Source of the DNA: a virus
Length of the DNA stretch: 64,000 nucleotides
Direction: 5' to 3' (one strand)
Virus record (IMG/VR): IMGVR_UViG_3300050821_002957
Location: 271,192 to 335,191 of that record
Below the pieces are notes generated by a model. The model did no database searches and was not told where the DNA came from. It was given only the letters and a program-made list of their open reading frames with translations. Shown piece by piece: positions 10,173 through 20,520 of this stretch. A program made the translations under genes and the position numbers. Each line of letters opens with the position of its first letter. Position 1 is the first letter of the stretch.

Positions 10173-10361
10173 ATGTCTAATCCTCGTTACAGAATTAGTG
10201 GTGAACACATCGTGGACAATACCACGAACCACATTGTCATGACCCTCTCGTTGCCAAAATGGGAGGCTACGCTTTCATTCGAGTGCAAGGTTCTCAATGG
10301 TGAACTGGTCCCGAAATGGGTGGACGACGTTCTCATTTGGTTACCGCCTGCCGTTTCTTGA
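10173..10361 (+). CDS. small hypothetical protein
   Basis: 62-aa ORF downstream of the promoter at 10139. Confidence 0.3.
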   Translation: MSNPRYRISGEHIVDNTTNHIVMTLSLPKWEATLSFECKVLNGELVPKWVDDVLIWLPPAVS

Positions 10362-10471
10362 CAAGATCGCCAGACGTGGTACAGTTGAGAGGAATTGAAA
10401 CCGTCTCTACATTCTCCTGTGGAGGCTTCTTAGGTGCTGCGGAAGGAAATACCGCAGCACCATTTTTGTTT

Positions 10472-11722
10472 CTAGAGACGCCCGGAACGGATCAGTTCGA
10501 GGGCCTGTTCTTTCGATTTGATGTGACCGGCAAGCTGCCCATTCTCGGCGGCGTCCAGGATTCGTTTGAAATCTGGTCCTGGCTTCATTCCAAGTGCCTT
10601 CAGATCATCCCCATTGACAAATTTTGCCGGATTCAAGTCTTCGGCCTTCATGTTGGCAAACATTTTTGACAACATCTGGAAAGCAGCGATATGGACGTGC
10701 TTGTCCTGAGCCTCTGTACGGCATCCATAGAGCTTCAAGGCGTCGGGGAACAGCTTCTCACGCATCAGGCGTTTCAACACGTCCAGCGTCGTTCCAGCCG
10801 TCACAGAACCGATTCTGGACTGAAGGTCGATGATGCCGGTAATCTGCTTGATCGTGTCGTTAAAAAACTTCAGACGTTTACCAATTTTTTCTGCGCTCCC
10901 TGAAGGCAACATGTACAACGCACCAGCCAAACCCAATGCTGGATTGATGTTGGTGCCGATGAACGAAAGTGTTGCCATCATCTGAGCGTAATCATACGGA
11001 GTCATGTGGGCAACTTCCGGCAGAACATGCTCTAAGATGCCGGTGTTGTTCATTCCCTTGATTGTCTTGTGAGCGTCATGACCCATTGCCTTGGTCAATT
11101 CCTCTGTTATGCGCTCTACGTCCATTTTCGCAATGTTCGGAGCGTGCGCCTGCATTGCCGCCAGTGTCTCTGGGTGGATCTCAAATCCGAGCTTCGCCTG
11201 AAAACGATGTGCCCGAAGCATCCGAAGATGATCCTGTGTAAAACGGTCGTTCGGATTGCCGACACATTTGATGAGGCCGTTTTTTGCATCGGCCTTGCCA
11301 CCATGAAAATCGATGATGTCACCAGTGAACGGGTCCATGTACATTGCATTGACGGTGAAGTCACGCCGGTTGGAATCTTGTTGTTGATCACGAGTGTATT
11401 CGACATCATCTGGACGCCGACCATCAGTGTACTTTCCATCTTTGCGGAATGTGGCAATGTCGATACCGTGGCAGACAACGACACCAAATGATTTTCCTAC
11501 GACACTTGTTCCTGGGAAAAGTTTGAGAACTTCTTCAGGTGTGGCGTCAGTTGCTACGTCAAAATCTTTTGGCTTGTGGCCGGTCAAAAAATCACGAACA
11601 CAACCGCCAGCGAGATAGCCGACAAAGCCGTGTCTGCGAAGCGTAGTGATTACGTCTTTGGCGTCGTCAAGCGTGCCATAGGTGGACTCCCGAAGGAGGG
11701 CGAATTGTGTAAATGAGAGCAC
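10472..11722 (-). CDS. cca: tRNA nucleotidyltransferase (CCA-adding enzyme)
   Basis: The pol-beta head motif of the CCA/poly(A) polymerase family is present (GYLAGGCVRDFLTGHKPKDFDVATDATPEEV). Length is 416 aa. Confidence 0.8.
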   Translation of the reverse strand: MLSFTQFALLRESTYGTLDDAKDVITTLRRHGFVGYLAGGCVRDFLTGHKPKDFDVATDATPEEVLKLFPGTSVVGKSFGVVVCHGIDIATFRKDGKYTDGRRPDDVEYTRDQQQDSNRRDFTVNAMYMDPFTGDIIDFHGGKADAKNGLIKCVGNPNDRFTQDHLRMLRAHRFQAKLGFEIHPETLAAMQAHAPNIAKMDVERITEELTKAMGHDAHKTIKGMNNTGILEHVLPEVAHMTPYDYAQMMATLSFIGTNINPALGLAGALYMLPSGSAEKIGKRLKFFNDTIKQITGIIDLQSRIGSVTAGTTLDVLKRLMREKLFPDALKLYGCRTEAQDKHVHIAAFQMLSKMFANMKAEDLNPAKFVNGDDLKALGMKPGPDFKRILDAAENGQLAGHIKSKEQALELIRSGRL

Positions 11723-11901
11723 CGTATATTTAGTCCTTTAATATGAACATCCAGAGATTGTGATTTTGTTTTTCCTGTCGATCTCTTGACCATCGTTGAA
11801 CCAGCTTACCGACCAATCCGTAGACCACCAGGACAAAGCCGATGATCATTACGTTATTGATGCCGTACTGATTCAAAGCAAACATCACTTAGCCGATCCA
11901 A

Positions 11902-12219
11902 TCATTTTTTGTGCTCCCAGTGAATCACTACGGTTGCGTACATTCCACCGCCATCGTGCGACTCCCGAACACCATATCCAAGCGGTGTCAGCATTGAAGC
12001 TACTTTTGCGACAAATTTTGATGCCGGGTAATAATCAACCCGAAACGAAGCAGCGCCGCTCGACGTGTACTTGACCGGATTGTCAATCATGTCCTCGATC
12101 TTTGGTGCAACGACATTATTGATAAAATTGGTGACCTCGGTCTCAACTTCCTCAGCGTGCTTAATCTCGGCGGCGGCGACGTATTCAGCAGCAGTTTTGA
12201 TGGTCAATCCGTTGTTCAT
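11902..12219 (-). CDS. hypothetical protein
   Basis: The ORF starts at MNNGLTIK. A TTGACA-N18-TATTCT promoter with the AGATGTATCTA palindrome lies at 12226-12255. Confidence 0.35.
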   Translation of the reverse strand: MNNGLTIKTAAEYVAAAEIKHAEEVETEVTNFINNVVAPKIEDMIDNPVKYTSSGAASFRVDYYPASKFVAKVASMLTPLGYGVRESHDGGGMYATVVIHWEHKK

Positions 12220-12261
12220 GAATAAAGAATAGCATGAAGATGTATCTAATGTCAAGGCCCC

Positions 12262-12642
12262 TTAATCCGGCATCGTCATGATGTTCTTTTGATGCGGACG
12301 GGTCATGAAATTTCCATTGCCATCGGGATTCATTTTTGGTTGTGCAGCGTAGCAATAATCAAACGTGACGACTCGACCCGGCTGTTCGTTTTCTGAAGAA
12401 GGATCGGCCCATTCGTCGCCAGCCCAATTGCCACTTGTAATGTGAATTTCGTGAGTGTGTCCGACAGCACCGGGCATTTTGCTGATCGCTTGTCCATAAA
12501 CAGTGTCAGGAGTTCCACGACCACCTTCATGGCGACGACCCATCACAACGTTGTCGTAAGGATTGACATTGCCAGAAGGACCAGACATTGTACGGTTGTA
12601 CATCTGGTTTTGCATAGCGGCAAATTGGGAGAAACTCAACAT
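12262..12642 (-). CDS. hypothetical protein
   Basis: 126-aa ORF. Confidence 0.35.
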   Translation of the reverse strand: MLSFSQFAAMQNQMYNRTMSGPSGNVNPYDNVVMGRRHEGGRGTPDTVYGQAISKMPGAVGHTHEIHITSGNWAGDEWADPSSENEQPGRVVTFDYCYAAQPKMNPDGNGNFMTRPHQKNIMTMPD

Positions 12643-12680
12643 GCTTCTATTTAGATAGGATCACCACGATAAATAAGATC

Positions 12681-12995
12681 ATGTATGCCTCACTCGTGCT
12701 TTACACCGAACCACGGAGACCGCTGATCAATCCAAAGTTCGATTTGTTCGCTTGGTTAGACACTCGACAGGAACCAAATTTATTCCCGGCTCGTGTGGTA
12801 GATAAGGTTCAATTGATGCTTCCAGAGAAGGTAAAGACGATGGATGTTCTGTCGGCAGACATCTTTGACTTCATCTCTTGGCAAGCCGAAGAGAAGGGCT
12901 ATGCCGTCGTCAGAAGCATCGATACGAATTGGATGTACTGGTCGATCCTAGCTGACAAGTACGTACTCCTGGACATGGTTCGAGTGTTGATCTGA
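12681..12995 (+). CDS. hypothetical protein
   Basis: 104-aa ORF. Confidence 0.3.
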   Translation: MYASLVLYTEPRRPLINPKFDLFAWLDTRQEPNLFPARVVDKVQLMLPEKVKTMDVLSADIFDFISWQAEEKGYAVVRSIDTNWMYWSILADKYVLLDMVRVLI

Positions 12996-13458
12996 AATGA
13001 AAAAGGCCGACAGACACTCTCTTAAGTAGAGTATCCATCGGCCCAGTTCTCTGAACGAGTCGGTAGAGTCCTTGCAAGCGTCGATTGGGATGTTCGTAGG
13101 CGCAAGGCCATACATCTGATATCGACGGTTTTTAAACCCTACAAGATTCAGCCCGGTTGCGGTGCCGTTAGCTGATCTCTGCATCACACACTATCTCGTT
13201 AGCAGGATGTACACGTCGCTCACCATTTTTCTAATGATACGAAATCTCTACACTGTCGTGCAAAGTGCGTGTCAACCCTGGCAAACTTGAGTTGGCTTTG
13301 AACCGTCCAGACTTAGACTGGGTTCGCTTTGTCCCGGTCGCATCGTCTGTAACCTCTTGCTCACAAACCAATACTAACAAACCTCTTAGAAGGAGTCAAG
13401 AGAAATTTAAGGTTATTTTTCTATTGACTTCTCCCAAAAAATGTGCTATTCTGAAAGA

Positions 13459-13767
13459 TTACTCTAAAGGAGCACCCCAAATCGCAGCCGCAGAAGGGCC
13501 ACCAGCTTCCATGTAACATCCGTCTTCGCCACACTTCTCGCAAGTCATGTTATCGGCGGTGAATGCACTGGTCGCAGCTTCTCGGAGCCACTTCGCCTTG
13601 TTCAGCCCGGACATGTAGTCTTCATCTTCGGGCAACGTCTCGGCGATCAGCTTCTTGCTGTCAGTGGTGATTCTGAAGTTTACGCCTTCGAGTATTCTAT
13701 CACCGAACTGGTATCCATCCAACAGACAAGCGTCCACCGGCCCACAATCTGGACATACGAGTTTCAT
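13459..13767 (-). CDS. Cys-rich small protein (zinc-ribbon-like)
   Basis: The ORF starts at MKLVCPDCGP, contains a second CEKCGEDGC cluster, and overlaps the upstream gene by ATGA. Confidence 0.3.
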   Translation of the reverse strand: MKLVCPDCGPVDACLLDGYQFGDRILEGVNFRITTDSKKLIAETLPEDEDYMSGLNKAKWLREAATSAFTADNMTCEKCGEDGCYMEAGGPSAAAIWGAPLE

Positions 13768-13949
13768 TTCCACAGCCCTCCTATCGTTCCTATGATGTCT
13801 ACAAACGTGCCCACTGCACAGACAGCGACGATCCAATACATCACCGTCTTGAACGTCTGATTGCGTCCAGGAGCCTTCCAAATGATGAGGGCCAAGAACA
13901 GCGCTACAGCAATCAAAAAGTGCTTGAACACAGATTGTAGTTCGGTCAT
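13764..13949 (-). CDS. small membrane protein
   Basis: Two hydrophobic segments in 61 aa. Confidence 0.3.
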   Translation of the reverse strand: MTELQSVFKHFLIAVALFLALIIWKAPGRNQTFKTVMYWIVAVCAVGTFVDIIGTIGGLWK

Positions 13950-14102
13950 GAAAAATATTGTAGCAGATTTTTGAGGAAAGTAAAATGAGCCGTTGTGGAG
14001 TCGAACTCAGCTTGGGTATATTTGGTCCCTGCGGTGCGGTTGGCAGTCAAAGAGGATGCCTTCGGCAATTGGGGTACAATTCCATATGCAAGGAAAAAAA
14101 TT

Positions 14103-14190
14103 TTGGTGGGACGGGTGTGAGTCGAACACACAGGGTTCCAAGGAACATCCGCTTTACAGGCGGCTCTCGCTCCCTACGAGACTACCATCC
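14103..14190 (-). tRNA. tRNA-Tyr (anticodon GTA), type II with a long variable arm, CCA encoded
   Basis: Hand fold: acceptor GGGATGG/CCGTCCC, anticodon loop CTGTAAA, variable-arm stem GTTCC/GGAAC, T-arm GTGTG-TTCGACT-CACAC, discriminator A, CCA. Confidence 0.6.
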
Positions 14191-14712
14191 CAAGTTTGAA
14201 TGATAGGGCAGGAACGGTTATACTAAAGGCTTAACAGAGTGCTACTGAAGCACGCCGCCGTTCACGCCCAAAGTATAATAATAGAGAGTCATAAAATTTG
14301 ATCTGTGACTCGTCCGGGTAACAACTTCATTCCGGCACCCAGTCACTTCAATATGTATACTAGCACTATTCTTGAGTGCTGTCAAGCTGCTATAGTGCTG
14401 GCAATCTTCTCAAGCTCAACAATGTCTGCTTCGGTAAGAGAGAAACTAAGCACACTATCAAGTAACTGCCATTCTACATCATGCTCAAACAGTGTTGTAT
14501 CGATGCCCTTGAACTTCGCCAAATGACAAAGCAACTTTCGACTCATTCGCATCAATACGGCACCTTGAAGACCAAGTAACCATAGATCCAGACATGCAGG
14601 ATCATGATGTATTCCCAGACAGTCGCCCACGGTTCTGGTGTGAACGACTGCATCAACAGCGTGAACAAAAGAATTTTGAAGACAGAACTTCGTATCTTAT
14701 CGACCGGAGTGT

Positions 14713-15276
14713 TCATTCGCCGCCGTCTCCTCCATCTCCACCGTCTCCTCCGTCACCACCATCGCCATCTCCGCTGTTGTTTGATGACACAGCCGGTGCA
14801 GGATCTTCACGCTCGACCACAACAGTTGGCGTTGTTGCTACCTGAACAACATCTTCGACGATTTCTTCAAAAACCTGAGCAGCTACAAACGGGTCCACGT
14901 AATTGGTGGTGTCATCGGCGTTATAGACGGTTGTCGAATGAGTCCGAGGCACCAAATTGATTGAGCGAGGCGTGTTGCGAATTTGCCGGGGAATGTTGTT
15001 GCCAATCTGATTAGGCGTATTGTTGATCGGGCGAGGCGTTGTTCGCACACTCGGCCACGGAGTTGGGTTTACAGAATCACGAGGCCACGGTGTAGTTGGC
15101 TGTACTTCACGGTCACGATGAGGGAGCGTATCCTTCAACGATAAACTACCAGTCGGATATCGCTTCTCTTTCGGAGCGTCTTCGTACAACAAACTCTTGA
15201 TCGTTTTCCACAATGACATAAAGGGTCCTTCCTTTTCTGTTTTAATTAGGCAACCAAGTGCCCATCCAACTGCCAT
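14713..15276 (-). CDS. Pro/Thr-rich protein with a C-terminal (GDG)n repeat
   Basis: TPWP/NTP-type low-complexity sequence is followed by GDGDGGDGGDGGDGGDGGE. The DNA repeat lies at 14720-14770. Confidence 0.35.
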   Translation of the reverse strand: MAVGWALGCLIKTEKEGPFMSLWKTIKSLLYEDAPKEKRYPTGSLSLKDTLPHRDREVQPTTPWPRDSVNPTPWPSVRTTPRPINNTPNQIGNNIPRQIRNTPRSINLVPRTHSTTVYNADDTTNYVDPFVAAQVFEEIVEDVVQVATTPTVVVEREDPAPAVSSNNSGDGDGGDGGDGGDGGDGGE

Positions 15277-15865
15277 TCAACGACTGATCGATCTTCGGCA
15301 GCAGCTTGCTCAACTTGTGGCCTGGATACGCAGCCCGAAGATCGAGTTCCTGCGTCAATCCTTTCCAAACTTCCCATTCGGTGTATTGCATAGGATTATC
15401 TTACCACATCAATTTGTCTGGTCGTTTTCGTCGTACTCAGAGTTGACAATGCTCTGTGTTACGTTATCTGTCACTCGAATGACAATGCTTCTCCATCCTT
15501 GCCAATCGACCATGATTTGCAGAAGCTCAAGGCCGGTGAAGCCTGAGCGATTACACGCTATTTGAAAATCTTGAATGCGTTGTCGCTTCGTCTTGGTGGT
15601 TCGTCTTCCAGCAGGCATCGTAGTCTCCTATTTTCTGTGGCCGATATGATAGAACGAGCACCACCGGCACTTGTAAGCATCGAATGGGTCCTTCTGTTGG
15701 TCGGCGCATTTCTGTGCTGCTTCCATCGTAAGAAAGTCAATCTTGTTCATGCAACTTCGTACTTTGTCGTACATTGGACCAACCGGCGCAGGCTTCGGAG
15801 GCGTCTCACAAAAAGCAATGTACATGTCCTGAGTCGTAATTTTTGGTGGTTTGTTAGAAGGCATT

Positions 15866-16261
15866 TCAGTTCTCGATACGCTCTTCCCAGATTTTCAGCA
15901 CTTTCATGAACTGTTCATCGAGTTCCGGCGACTCTCCAATGGTAATTTTCCGACCCATGAGCTTACTGACTTCGGCGATACTCTGGTCCATTTTTTTGGT
16001 CGCACGCACAATGTCGAGTTCATGTAGATGATCGAAGTTCTTGGCAGTCTTCCAGATTTCTGCTTCAGCCTTCACGTCTACAATACTACGGTTGATCCAA
16101 TCGAAGATGGCCTTGTACTGACGTTTGTTGCTTCGGCGTTGAACTAGCGCCAACAACTTTTCACGATTGGTCTGAAGTTTACACAAAAGGGAGTGGAGTT
16201 CGATACGTCGAGCAGCCTTGTAAATTTGAAATTGCAACCATGTGCTCATTTCACGTCCCAT
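15866..16261 (-). CDS. hypothetical protein
   Basis: 131-aa ORF in a minus-strand operon. Confidence 0.35.
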   Translation of the reverse strand: MGREMSTWLQFQIYKAARRIELHSLLCKLQTNREKLLALVQRRSNKRQYKAIFDWINRSIVDVKAEAEIWKTAKNFDHLHELDIVRATKKMDQSIAEVSKLMGRKITIGESPELDEQFMKVLKIWEERIEN

Positions 16262-16896
16262 CCTTTCAGGAACAAAGACAAGACTACACGTTCGAGATTT
16301 CGTAAGGCTTCGTTGGAATCGGTAGCAGGCGCAGGATCGAGTTCAATTTTGTCACTGACCACCTGGGGCACATTTGTCGTCGGAACAAATGTTTTGCAAC
16401 GATTAATTGGTTGATGCCAGACGTAGGTCTTTCCCGCAATCTCGACGACGAAACGGTAGCACAGGGTATCTGTCTCAAAGACAAGATTGGAGACGAACCC
16501 ATTATCGTACAGATACCAAATGAAATTGGTTTTTAGGTCGTAGGCTTTATTGTTCGTTGCCGCCGTGAATTTTTTCGCCTTGATGTGCTTGTTCAGATCG
16601 TAGCACGCCTCACACCCGGCAGCGACGACATCTTCAAAAAGCATCCCACCGAGCGCCTCAAGTTCTCGTTCCGCCACCTTACGAAGCTCGACAACAAACT
16701 CAGGAGATTGCTTTGCAGTAGCGATAGCACTCTGCGGAAAGAATACTATGCCCGAGGCATCATTACGTTTGACCGGCGCACCCAACAGAGCGATCATGCC
16801 TTTGGTCCAGTTTTTACCCCGAAACGTATTGATATCGAGTGGATCATTAGTGCCGAAGTGATTGACAGACACCAGATAATTCGGAAACCCTTTCAT
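16246..16896 (-). CDS. hypothetical protein
   Basis: 216-aa ORF. Confidence 0.35.
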   Translation of the reverse strand: MKGFPNYLVSVNHFGTNDPLDINTFRGKNWTKGMIALLGAPVKRNDASGIVFFPQSAIATAKQSPEFVVELRKVAERELEALGGMLFEDVVAAGCEACYDLNKHIKAKKFTAATNNKAYDLKTNFIWYLYDNGFVSNLVFETDTLCYRFVVEIAGKTYVWHQPINRCKTFVPTTNVPQVVSDKIELDPAPATDSNEALRNLERVVLSLFLKGWDVK

Positions 16897-17150
16897 GCCT
16901 TTTTCTCCTCTAAGAATACAGTGTAACCGTATCGGTACATACCAAACAATTGCCCATCTTCATCCGTACCAGTAGAGATCATGTGAAATGCTCTGTCACC
17001 CATCACAATGATCATCGGGATATGGTCTAGCTCGACGGTACGAACTTCGTCATGCAGCCCATCACGAAGATACAGGCGCATCTGTTTTGGTTTCATGCTT
17101 TCACTCCGAAAATCTTTTTCAAAATCCAGACAGGCGGATGATCCAACCAT
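16893..17150 (-). CDS. hypothetical protein
   Basis: 85-aa ORF overlapping the next gene's stop by 4 nt. Confidence 0.3.
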   Translation of the reverse strand: MVGSSACLDFEKDFRSESMKPKQMRLYLRDGLHDEVRTVELDHIPMIIVMGDRAFHMISTGTDEDGQLFGMYRYGYTVFLEEKKA

Positions 17151-17422
17151 GCAAGATCATTGGCAAATGGACATTCATCCTGGCGCAAAGAGGACTCATA
17201 ATACTTGGCAGCGGCAACCGAAATGCTTGTTGATTCCACCCAACCATCACACTTTGAATACGTCATGTGAATGTATTCTAGAGCTTCTTCAGCGGTGCGG
17301 CCTCTGGTGAGCACCGTGCCAATACGGGAATGTGAGAAGCTCCACAGCAAATACTTCTCACCATTCGGAACGTACCGGAATTCAAGTTCTCGGCACTCTT
17401 CTGTTGTAAGCCACTTCATCAT
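17093..17422 (-). CDS. hypothetical protein
   Basis: 109-aa ORF. Confidence 0.3.
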   Translation of the reverse strand: MMKWLTTEECRELEFRYVPNGEKYLLWSFSHSRIGTVLTRGRTAEEALEYIHMTYSKCDGWVESTSISVAAAKYYESSLRQDECPFANDLAWLDHPPVWILKKIFGVKA

Positions 17423-18519
17423 TATTTCACCCCTGCAAATTGTTCGATCATTGCTTGCTGGGAAGGCTGACCGGCCAGCGGATTCGCCGACGAAGGCTTC
17501 ACACCCTTTACCAGCCGCACATTGTGGAACGTCGTCGGATACTGATTGAAGCCTTTTCCGTGGACACTGTAGTTGCAGATCACTTTGTTGCGAACAGTGA
17601 AGCTCGATCCATCGGCGAAGTGAAACACAATCTCGCCCTGAAAGCCTGCGCCATTCACATGACCCTCGATGATTTCGGGAATGACACCGGAACCGAAACC
17701 GCTCATGATCATCTGATTGTCTTTCGCTTCAAGAACGACGGCCAGCTTGGTGACGTTTTTGTAGAGGAACATACGCTGGGCATAATCGGCGTCCTTCTGA
17801 GCGATCTTGCGGAGCAGATCCTTGAAATTTGGAACGAGGCGAGTATAGTTGCCGGTGTGCGAATCCCATCCTTCGCCTACAGTCTGTAACAAGAAATCGG
17901 CAGAGGTCGGCGTATATCGTTCGTTGCGTGTGCGAGGATGGTCCATGCGATATTGAACCGAAGAGACGAAATTGTTGAACAGGATGTCTTCGTACTGGAG
18001 GGTCAGACCGTCTGTCATGTCCTTCAGAACTTTCGTGACGAGGATTGCCGCTTCGGTGGTCGGCATCGGCGGAACGTAATCGTCGGCCTTCTCTTCTTCG
18101 CTGCGCCCGACACGCTTCACAATTTTGTCCTTCAGGAGCATCAGCGCATCATACAGGTCAACGATCTCAGCGCAGACGGCGAACCATTGAGCATTGTCAA
18201 ACTTCTTCTTTTTGGCGAGCTTCACTTTTCCGGCGACTTGATTGCCGTACATGAAAGTCAGATCGAAGGTATAGTTCTCGACCTTGGGAAAATGATAGGC
18301 AGCGCTAAAGGCTTCGCTGTACAGTCCACGATGGCTGTCCTCTGCGATACTGACGACGGTATTGAGTGCTTCTTTGGCGCTCTTGAATTCAGGATTGGGG
18401 ATCGAATCGGTGTAGGTGTTCAGAGCATTGACGACCGTCTGGAGGGCTTTCTTGCCCCAAGACGATTGATTCGCTTGGCAGGCGGCGTTCAACAGCGGGT
18501 ATTGATCTACGCTCTTCAT
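17422..18519 (-). CDS. hypothetical protein
   Basis: 365-aa ORF. A promoter TTGACA-N17-TATTCT preceded by AGATGCATCT lies at 18526-18575. Confidence 0.4.
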   Translation of the reverse strand: MKSVDQYPLLNAACQANQSSWGKKALQTVVNALNTYTDSIPNPEFKSAKEALNTVVSIAEDSHRGLYSEAFSAAYHFPKVENYTFDLTFMYGNQVAGKVKLAKKKKFDNAQWFAVCAEIVDLYDALMLLKDKIVKRVGRSEEEKADDYVPPMPTTEAAILVTKVLKDMTDGLTLQYEDILFNNFVSSVQYRMDHPRTRNERYTPTSADFLLQTVGEGWDSHTGNYTRLVPNFKDLLRKIAQKDADYAQRMFLYKNVTKLAVVLEAKDNQMIMSGFGSGVIPEIIEGHVNGAGFQGEIVFHFADGSSFTVRNKVICNYSVHGKGFNQYPTTFHNVRLVKGVKPSSANPLAGQPSQQAMIEQFAGVK

Positions 18520-18593
18520 GAAACTAGAATAGCAAACCTACCCTACCATGTCAACAGTAGATGCATCTTTTTCTGGAAGGAATATTTTATCTA

Positions 18594-18624
18594 CCTCTTG
18601 ACATATTGACGGCTGGTGCGCTAT
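18594..18624 (+). promoter_or_regulatory. sigma70-like promoter
   Basis: It reads TTGACA-tattgacggctggtgcgc-TATGCTGG. The -10 context TATGCTGG is the same as in the promoter at 10139. Confidence 0.4.
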
Positions 18625-18685
18625 GCTGGTACTGTCAAAGAGAGTCCCATTTTCAACGACTTACGTCCGTTGATAAATACTCTCC

Positions 18686-19090
18686 ATGAAAACCTTCCTC
18701 GAATTTATCTTGACCGAGAATGCCATGTTACCGGGCGTTGCTGGCGTAATGAAACACCAACGGGACAATGGTTTAGCCAAGGTAGGTGTTCATCCCAATT
18801 TTGCTGCCATTAAGAAGCAGCGTGAAGATAGCATCAACAAAGTTGGCACCCATCCAAATTTTGCTGAAATCTTACGTCGGCGTCAAGCAGGTCAAATGTC
18901 GGAAGAAGAAATGAACGAACTGCTTGGTCTATTCAAAAAGAAAAACGATGCAAAACCCTCGCCGTTTGCCAAACCAAAAAACGCAATTGGACATGGTGAC
19001 AAGGCTTATCGCACGAACCACCATTATGGGAACGGTGACATCGAACCATCCACCGTTCCTATTTTCAAACCAACTTGGCAGAATCGTTAG
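18686..19090 (+). CDS. hypothetical protein with an internal duplicated motif
   Basis: The segments VGVHPNFAAIKKQREDS and VGTHPNFAEILRRRQ are repeated. Confidence 0.35.
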   Translation: MKTFLEFILTENAMLPGVAGVMKHQRDNGLAKVGVHPNFAAIKKQREDSINKVGTHPNFAEILRRRQAGQMSEEEMNELLGLFKKKNDAKPSPFAKPKNAIGHGDKAYRTNHHYGNGDIEPSTVPIFKPTWQNR

Positions 19091-19629
19091 AAACGTCTCG
19101 GACACGCTGGCGGCTTCGCACAATCACCGGGTCCACCATTGTCCTTGGTCACTTTTTTGTTGGGAACTTTCTTCGGCTTTTTGACCGGCGACAATTGATG
19201 TGCATCGAAGTATTGAACGTCAGTCAAAATGCCTTCATGCAGTTTTGATGATTGCAGACCGACTCGCTGTGACGACGTAAAAAATTTGGACAATGAAATC
19301 GCAACACCTTCAAAATCTGAAATGCTGTCTTTGTACGTGTCGCCGAGTACGATCATATCCGGCTCTTCTTCATATGAAATCACTGCGGCCCCAGGTTGTT
19401 CTTGGAGAAGCTGTTCGTCAATGTAGAATCCGTCCATCGGCCCACCGTCAGCCTTGAGACCCGGAGGCTGAATTGCCACTCGGACGCACGCATACAGGAA
19501 AGTTGTGCGAGAGACAGCGACACCTTTAAGTCCTGAAATGGGATCTTTGTATGTTCTGCCGAGCGTTGCTACTTCTGTCGCTGCGGTCTTCAAAACGTTT
19601 TCACGATCAATTGGTTTGGAGTTTGCCAT
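19087..19629 (-). CDS. hypothetical protein with a duplicated module
   Basis: The segments YKDPISGLKGVAVSRTTF and YKDSISDFEGVAISLSKF are repeated, and the C-terminal tail is basic. Confidence 0.35.
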   Translation of the reverse strand: MANSKPIDRENVLKTAATEVATLGRTYKDPISGLKGVAVSRTTFLYACVRVAIQPPGLKADGGPMDGFYIDEQLLQEQPGAAVISYEEEPDMIVLGDTYKDSISDFEGVAISLSKFFTSSQRVGLQSSKLHEGILTDVQYFDAHQLSPVKKPKKVPNKKVTKDNGGPGDCAKPPACPRRF

Positions 19630-19674
19630 GTGTCGAGAGTAACATGATGGCTATAGGTGTGTCAATAATTTTAA

Positions 19675-19762
19675 TGGCTGGAGGAGCAGGACTCGAACCT
19701 GCATATGAGCTTTCGCTACGACACATTAACAGTGTGCTGCCTTACCGTTAGGCGACCCTCCA
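19675..19762 (-). tRNA. tRNA with a GTT (Asn) anticodon loop but a long, type-II-like variable arm; CCA encoded
   Basis: Hand fold: acceptor TGGAGGG/TCCTCCA, D-arm GCCT-AACGGTA-AGGC, anticodon loop CTGTTAA, an 18-nt variable region with an AGC-GAAA-GCT hairpin, T-arm GCAGG-TTCGAGT-CCTGC, then G and CCA. Confidence 0.45.
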
Positions 19763-19783
19763 ATATAAATGGATGTATGGCAA

Positions 19784-20217
19784 ATTCACAGAAAGTAAAA
19801 GAATGGCGCAAAAGAACCAAACAACGAATGATTGATGCAATGGGTGGATCGTGTGTAGTCTGTGGCTACACTCGTTGTTCAGCCTCATTAGGATTTCATC
19901 ATCTCGATCCGAGCAAGAAACATTTTGGTTTCGGAGGTCTTCGTGCCAACCCAAAATCTTGGGAGAAGATCAGCGAAGAACTACGAAAATGCGTTCTGAT
20001 TTGCAATCGTTGTCACGGAGAAGTACATGATGGTATAACCATCATTCCCATTAATGCAAAACGGTACGACGAAAGTTATGCTCAGAAATTTGGAAGAAGA
20101 AAAATGGCTCCGGGGACAGGACTCGAACCTGTAACATCCGCTTTAACAGAGCGGCGCTCTACCATTGAGCTACCCCGGAATGAGGTTGCTTCTTTGGTTA
20201 GGGTCACGCCGTTTTAA
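19784..20217 (+). CDS. HNH homing endonuclease
   Basis: Motifs CVVCGY...HHLDP...CNRCHGEVHDG are present. The gene lies between two tRNA genes and its 3' end overlaps the antisense tRNA at 20105-20179. Confidence 0.65.
20105..20179 (-). tRNA. tRNA-Asn (anticodon GTT), CCA encoded
   Basis: Hand fold: acceptor TCCGGGG/CCCCGGA, D-arm GCTC-AATGGTA-GAGC, anticodon arm CCGCT-CTGTTAA-AGCGG, T-arm ACAGG-TTCGAGT-CCTGT, discriminator G, CCA. Confidence 0.65.
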
Positions 20218-20260
20218 AGCGTGACCTACGTATTGTAGGTTGTGTAAGTCATCACAATTC

Positions 20261-20268
20261 TATTTATA
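20261..20268 (-). promoter_or_regulatory. TATAAATA late-promoter-like motif within a conserved 28-mer
   Basis: The 28-mer GTCATCACAATTCTATTTATACCACGGT recurs at 22351-22378. Both copies lie upstream of minus-strand tRNA genes. Confidence 0.35.
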
Positions 20269-20520
20269 CCACGGTGTTTTGAAACTGTCAACCTTTTATT
20301 TTACATTGACTCCGATCATTCGTCATACCGATCCATGAATTCTCTAACGTCATCAATACGAATTACAAACAAAATGATGAACAGAGGACCGCCGATGCAA
20401 AATAACACTCTGGCAGTTTGCTCCATGTCCATTATCATCTCAAAGAACCCCGCAAGAAAAAGCAAAATGAATGCCAGCCGCCAGCAATTCTTCCAGTTGA
20501 TCTTCACATAATCGAACATG

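Noticed and set aside
13985-14100. Additional tRNA upstream of tRNA-Tyr (the GGAGTCGAACTC hairpin)
   Set aside because: The hairpin has a 5-nt loop rather than a 7-nt T-loop, and no acceptor or anticodon arms could be paired.
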